Part shown: positions 62,111-64,000 of the stretch, in pieces
Layout: every line of letters starts with the position of its first letter
Position numbering within the stretch: position 1 is the stretch's first letter
From: Octopus sinensis
Taxonomy: Eukaryota
Direction: 5' to 3'
DNA: 64,000 nt
Assembly: GCF_006345805.1 (NCBI RefSeq)
Contig: NC_042998.1
Span: 122,450,001-122,514,000, forward strand
Made by a program: the position numbers and the translations under genes
Notes under the pieces: model-generated
What the model was told of the DNA's origin: nothing
Database searches by the model: none
Seen by the model: only the letters and a program-made list of their open reading frames with translations

Positions 62111-64000
62111 TATGGTATATGTAAAGATTCTTTTCTATATTAACAAGTCCCAAAACTTATTGGACAGAAGCTATTCGAACATTCGTATGTTTTCAGGTTA
62201 AACTTTCCGCCATCCAACTGCTATTAATGTTTTGCATACCAGGTGACAATGAAAGTTGCTCTATACAGATTATAACGTAGAAAAAAAAAATAATCCAACC
62301 GTGCGTTTATTAAACATTCTTTCATATTCGAGCACGAGATTTTTTTTTAGAATTTTAATTCCACCATTGATAGTTGTTAAAAGACATTCAATACTACGTT
62401 CATCTTCCAAAAATTATGTACTTCATTTCTCGTCAGATTTACAATTTTTAACTGTGGCTGCTGATAATTTAATGTCTCACTAAAATGCACGCAGCCACTG
62501 GTGAATATAAATAACATTAGTTTGTTTTGTAGTCAAACGTTCCATAATTACTAGATAGTTTAATTTATCAATTTTAAAGCAGCTGCAATTTATTTTAAAA
62601 AAGTTAATTAATTTAAACAAAACATTTATATTCATAGCAAGTTTCGTAAATATACAAGGGAATTGTATTTTGTACAATATATAAACAAAAATGAAAGACT
62701 GAAATATTTTAAAACACAGATGGCTTACAATTTTTGTACATCTAAGGATTTGAACAACGAAACAGTACATGAAATTAGCGTAAAAGTATTTAGTATGTTG
62801 TTCAGATATATGTGACATACCCCTTCCCCACTGCAAAACTGAAATATGTACACACGTGTACATAAATATTTATACATATAGATACTTATATCTATACCTA
62901 TGCACATATATACTGGACTAACGCGCGCACATGTGCACACATCACTTCCATATTCAGATAGCACACACACACATACACATCACACATAATTGTAATGATA
63001 AAAGCATAACAAATGTGGGATGTTCAAAATTGTAAGATACTAGATGATGTGCTTGTAGATCATTAGTTCAAATCTGCTGTAGTTAATCCTATGTGCTTTA
63101 GAGAAGAACACTTCATTTTATATTACCTTACCAAAAATTACTATCGGTTTCGGGAATAGAAATTGGATTTATTGGAGTTTATTACCCAGTAGATTGCATT
63201 TATTGCTCAAATGACTGAATAACTAGTATGGGACTTGTATTTACAACTGTTTCAGTTAGTTTGATGTATAGACATGCTTCGTGGTTGCTTGAATATGATA
63301 TGATGGGAAAACGTTTTGTAATTCGTACGATAGCATTGTAGCCTTCACATTCAATGTTACTACTACTTCTACATGTAATTTCAGGTATTAGTTGTAATTT
63401 ACATTGAATAAACGTTCATGTCTCTCGAACGGCTCAAAGATATAACCTAGTTTCGCTTATAAAACACGCTTTTCTTAAATACTATTTGTTTAAGTCTCGA
63501 ATCTTATGTCAACATACACAATGACTTCTTACACAAAATGTATGATTTATAAGAGTGACTATGTTATTCTCATAGATCGTCGCTGAATAACAGAAGTTAT
63601 TTGGCTTCATGGAATAATTAGGATTCCATAACAAACTCTGGAATCTTATGCTGAGAGCTAACCTCATTTTTCATACGTTCGTCAGGAAAACATATGCTCA
63701 TATACACTCGCATACGCAAAAAAACTATTACTGTAATGCTAATCAGACGATGAGAAGAAATAGTATCGAAGTGAAGTCATTCCATAATATAAGATATATC
63801 ACAGGCATATATCTTAAGGCAGTCAATAAAAACATACTATACTGTCTTTCTGTGAGTGTTAAAACTTTAACCATTAAGTTTCGGCGAAAATTTACAAGAT
63901 GTAAAAGTTCATTTGATTTAATCGGTTTATTTATGTATGGATTTTACCACAGACATCATGTCATTTACATATTGAAGGCTCCTTATCTTGTTGAAAAATA

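Overview
AT-rich, microsatellite-laden animal genomic DNA. The SINE and LINE families look like those of Octopus/cephalopods (recalled from memory, not verified). No long intact host ORF is visible, and most of the supplied short ORFs are microsatellite or antisense artefacts. The window is dominated by transposons: RTE LINEs, tRNA-derived SINEs, two decayed hAT transposases, a Helitron 5' fragment, a HERO/R2-like LINE 3' end, two long palindromic elements and several Penelope-like repeats carrying minimal hammerhead-ribozyme motifs. The standout is 15730-24204, a single Mag-type Ty3/Gypsy insertion (CTATT target-site duplication, TGTTGT...ACAACA termini, tRNA-Ser PBS). It hosts four divergent copies of an RT-less element encoding an L1/Tx1-ORF1-like RRM+CCHC protein. 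Three copies sit at essentially the same position of the two LTRs and the fourth lies inside one of them. All four keep a 3' stem-loop by compensatory substitution, and their terminal ~50 nt is shared with the abundant SINE family. A sharp CpG-depletion boundary near 39 kb and several weak minus-strand exon candidates suggest that 1-38 kb is the methylated body of an unidentified host gene. A well-spaced CCAAT-TATA-Inr promoter lies at ~52.6 kb.
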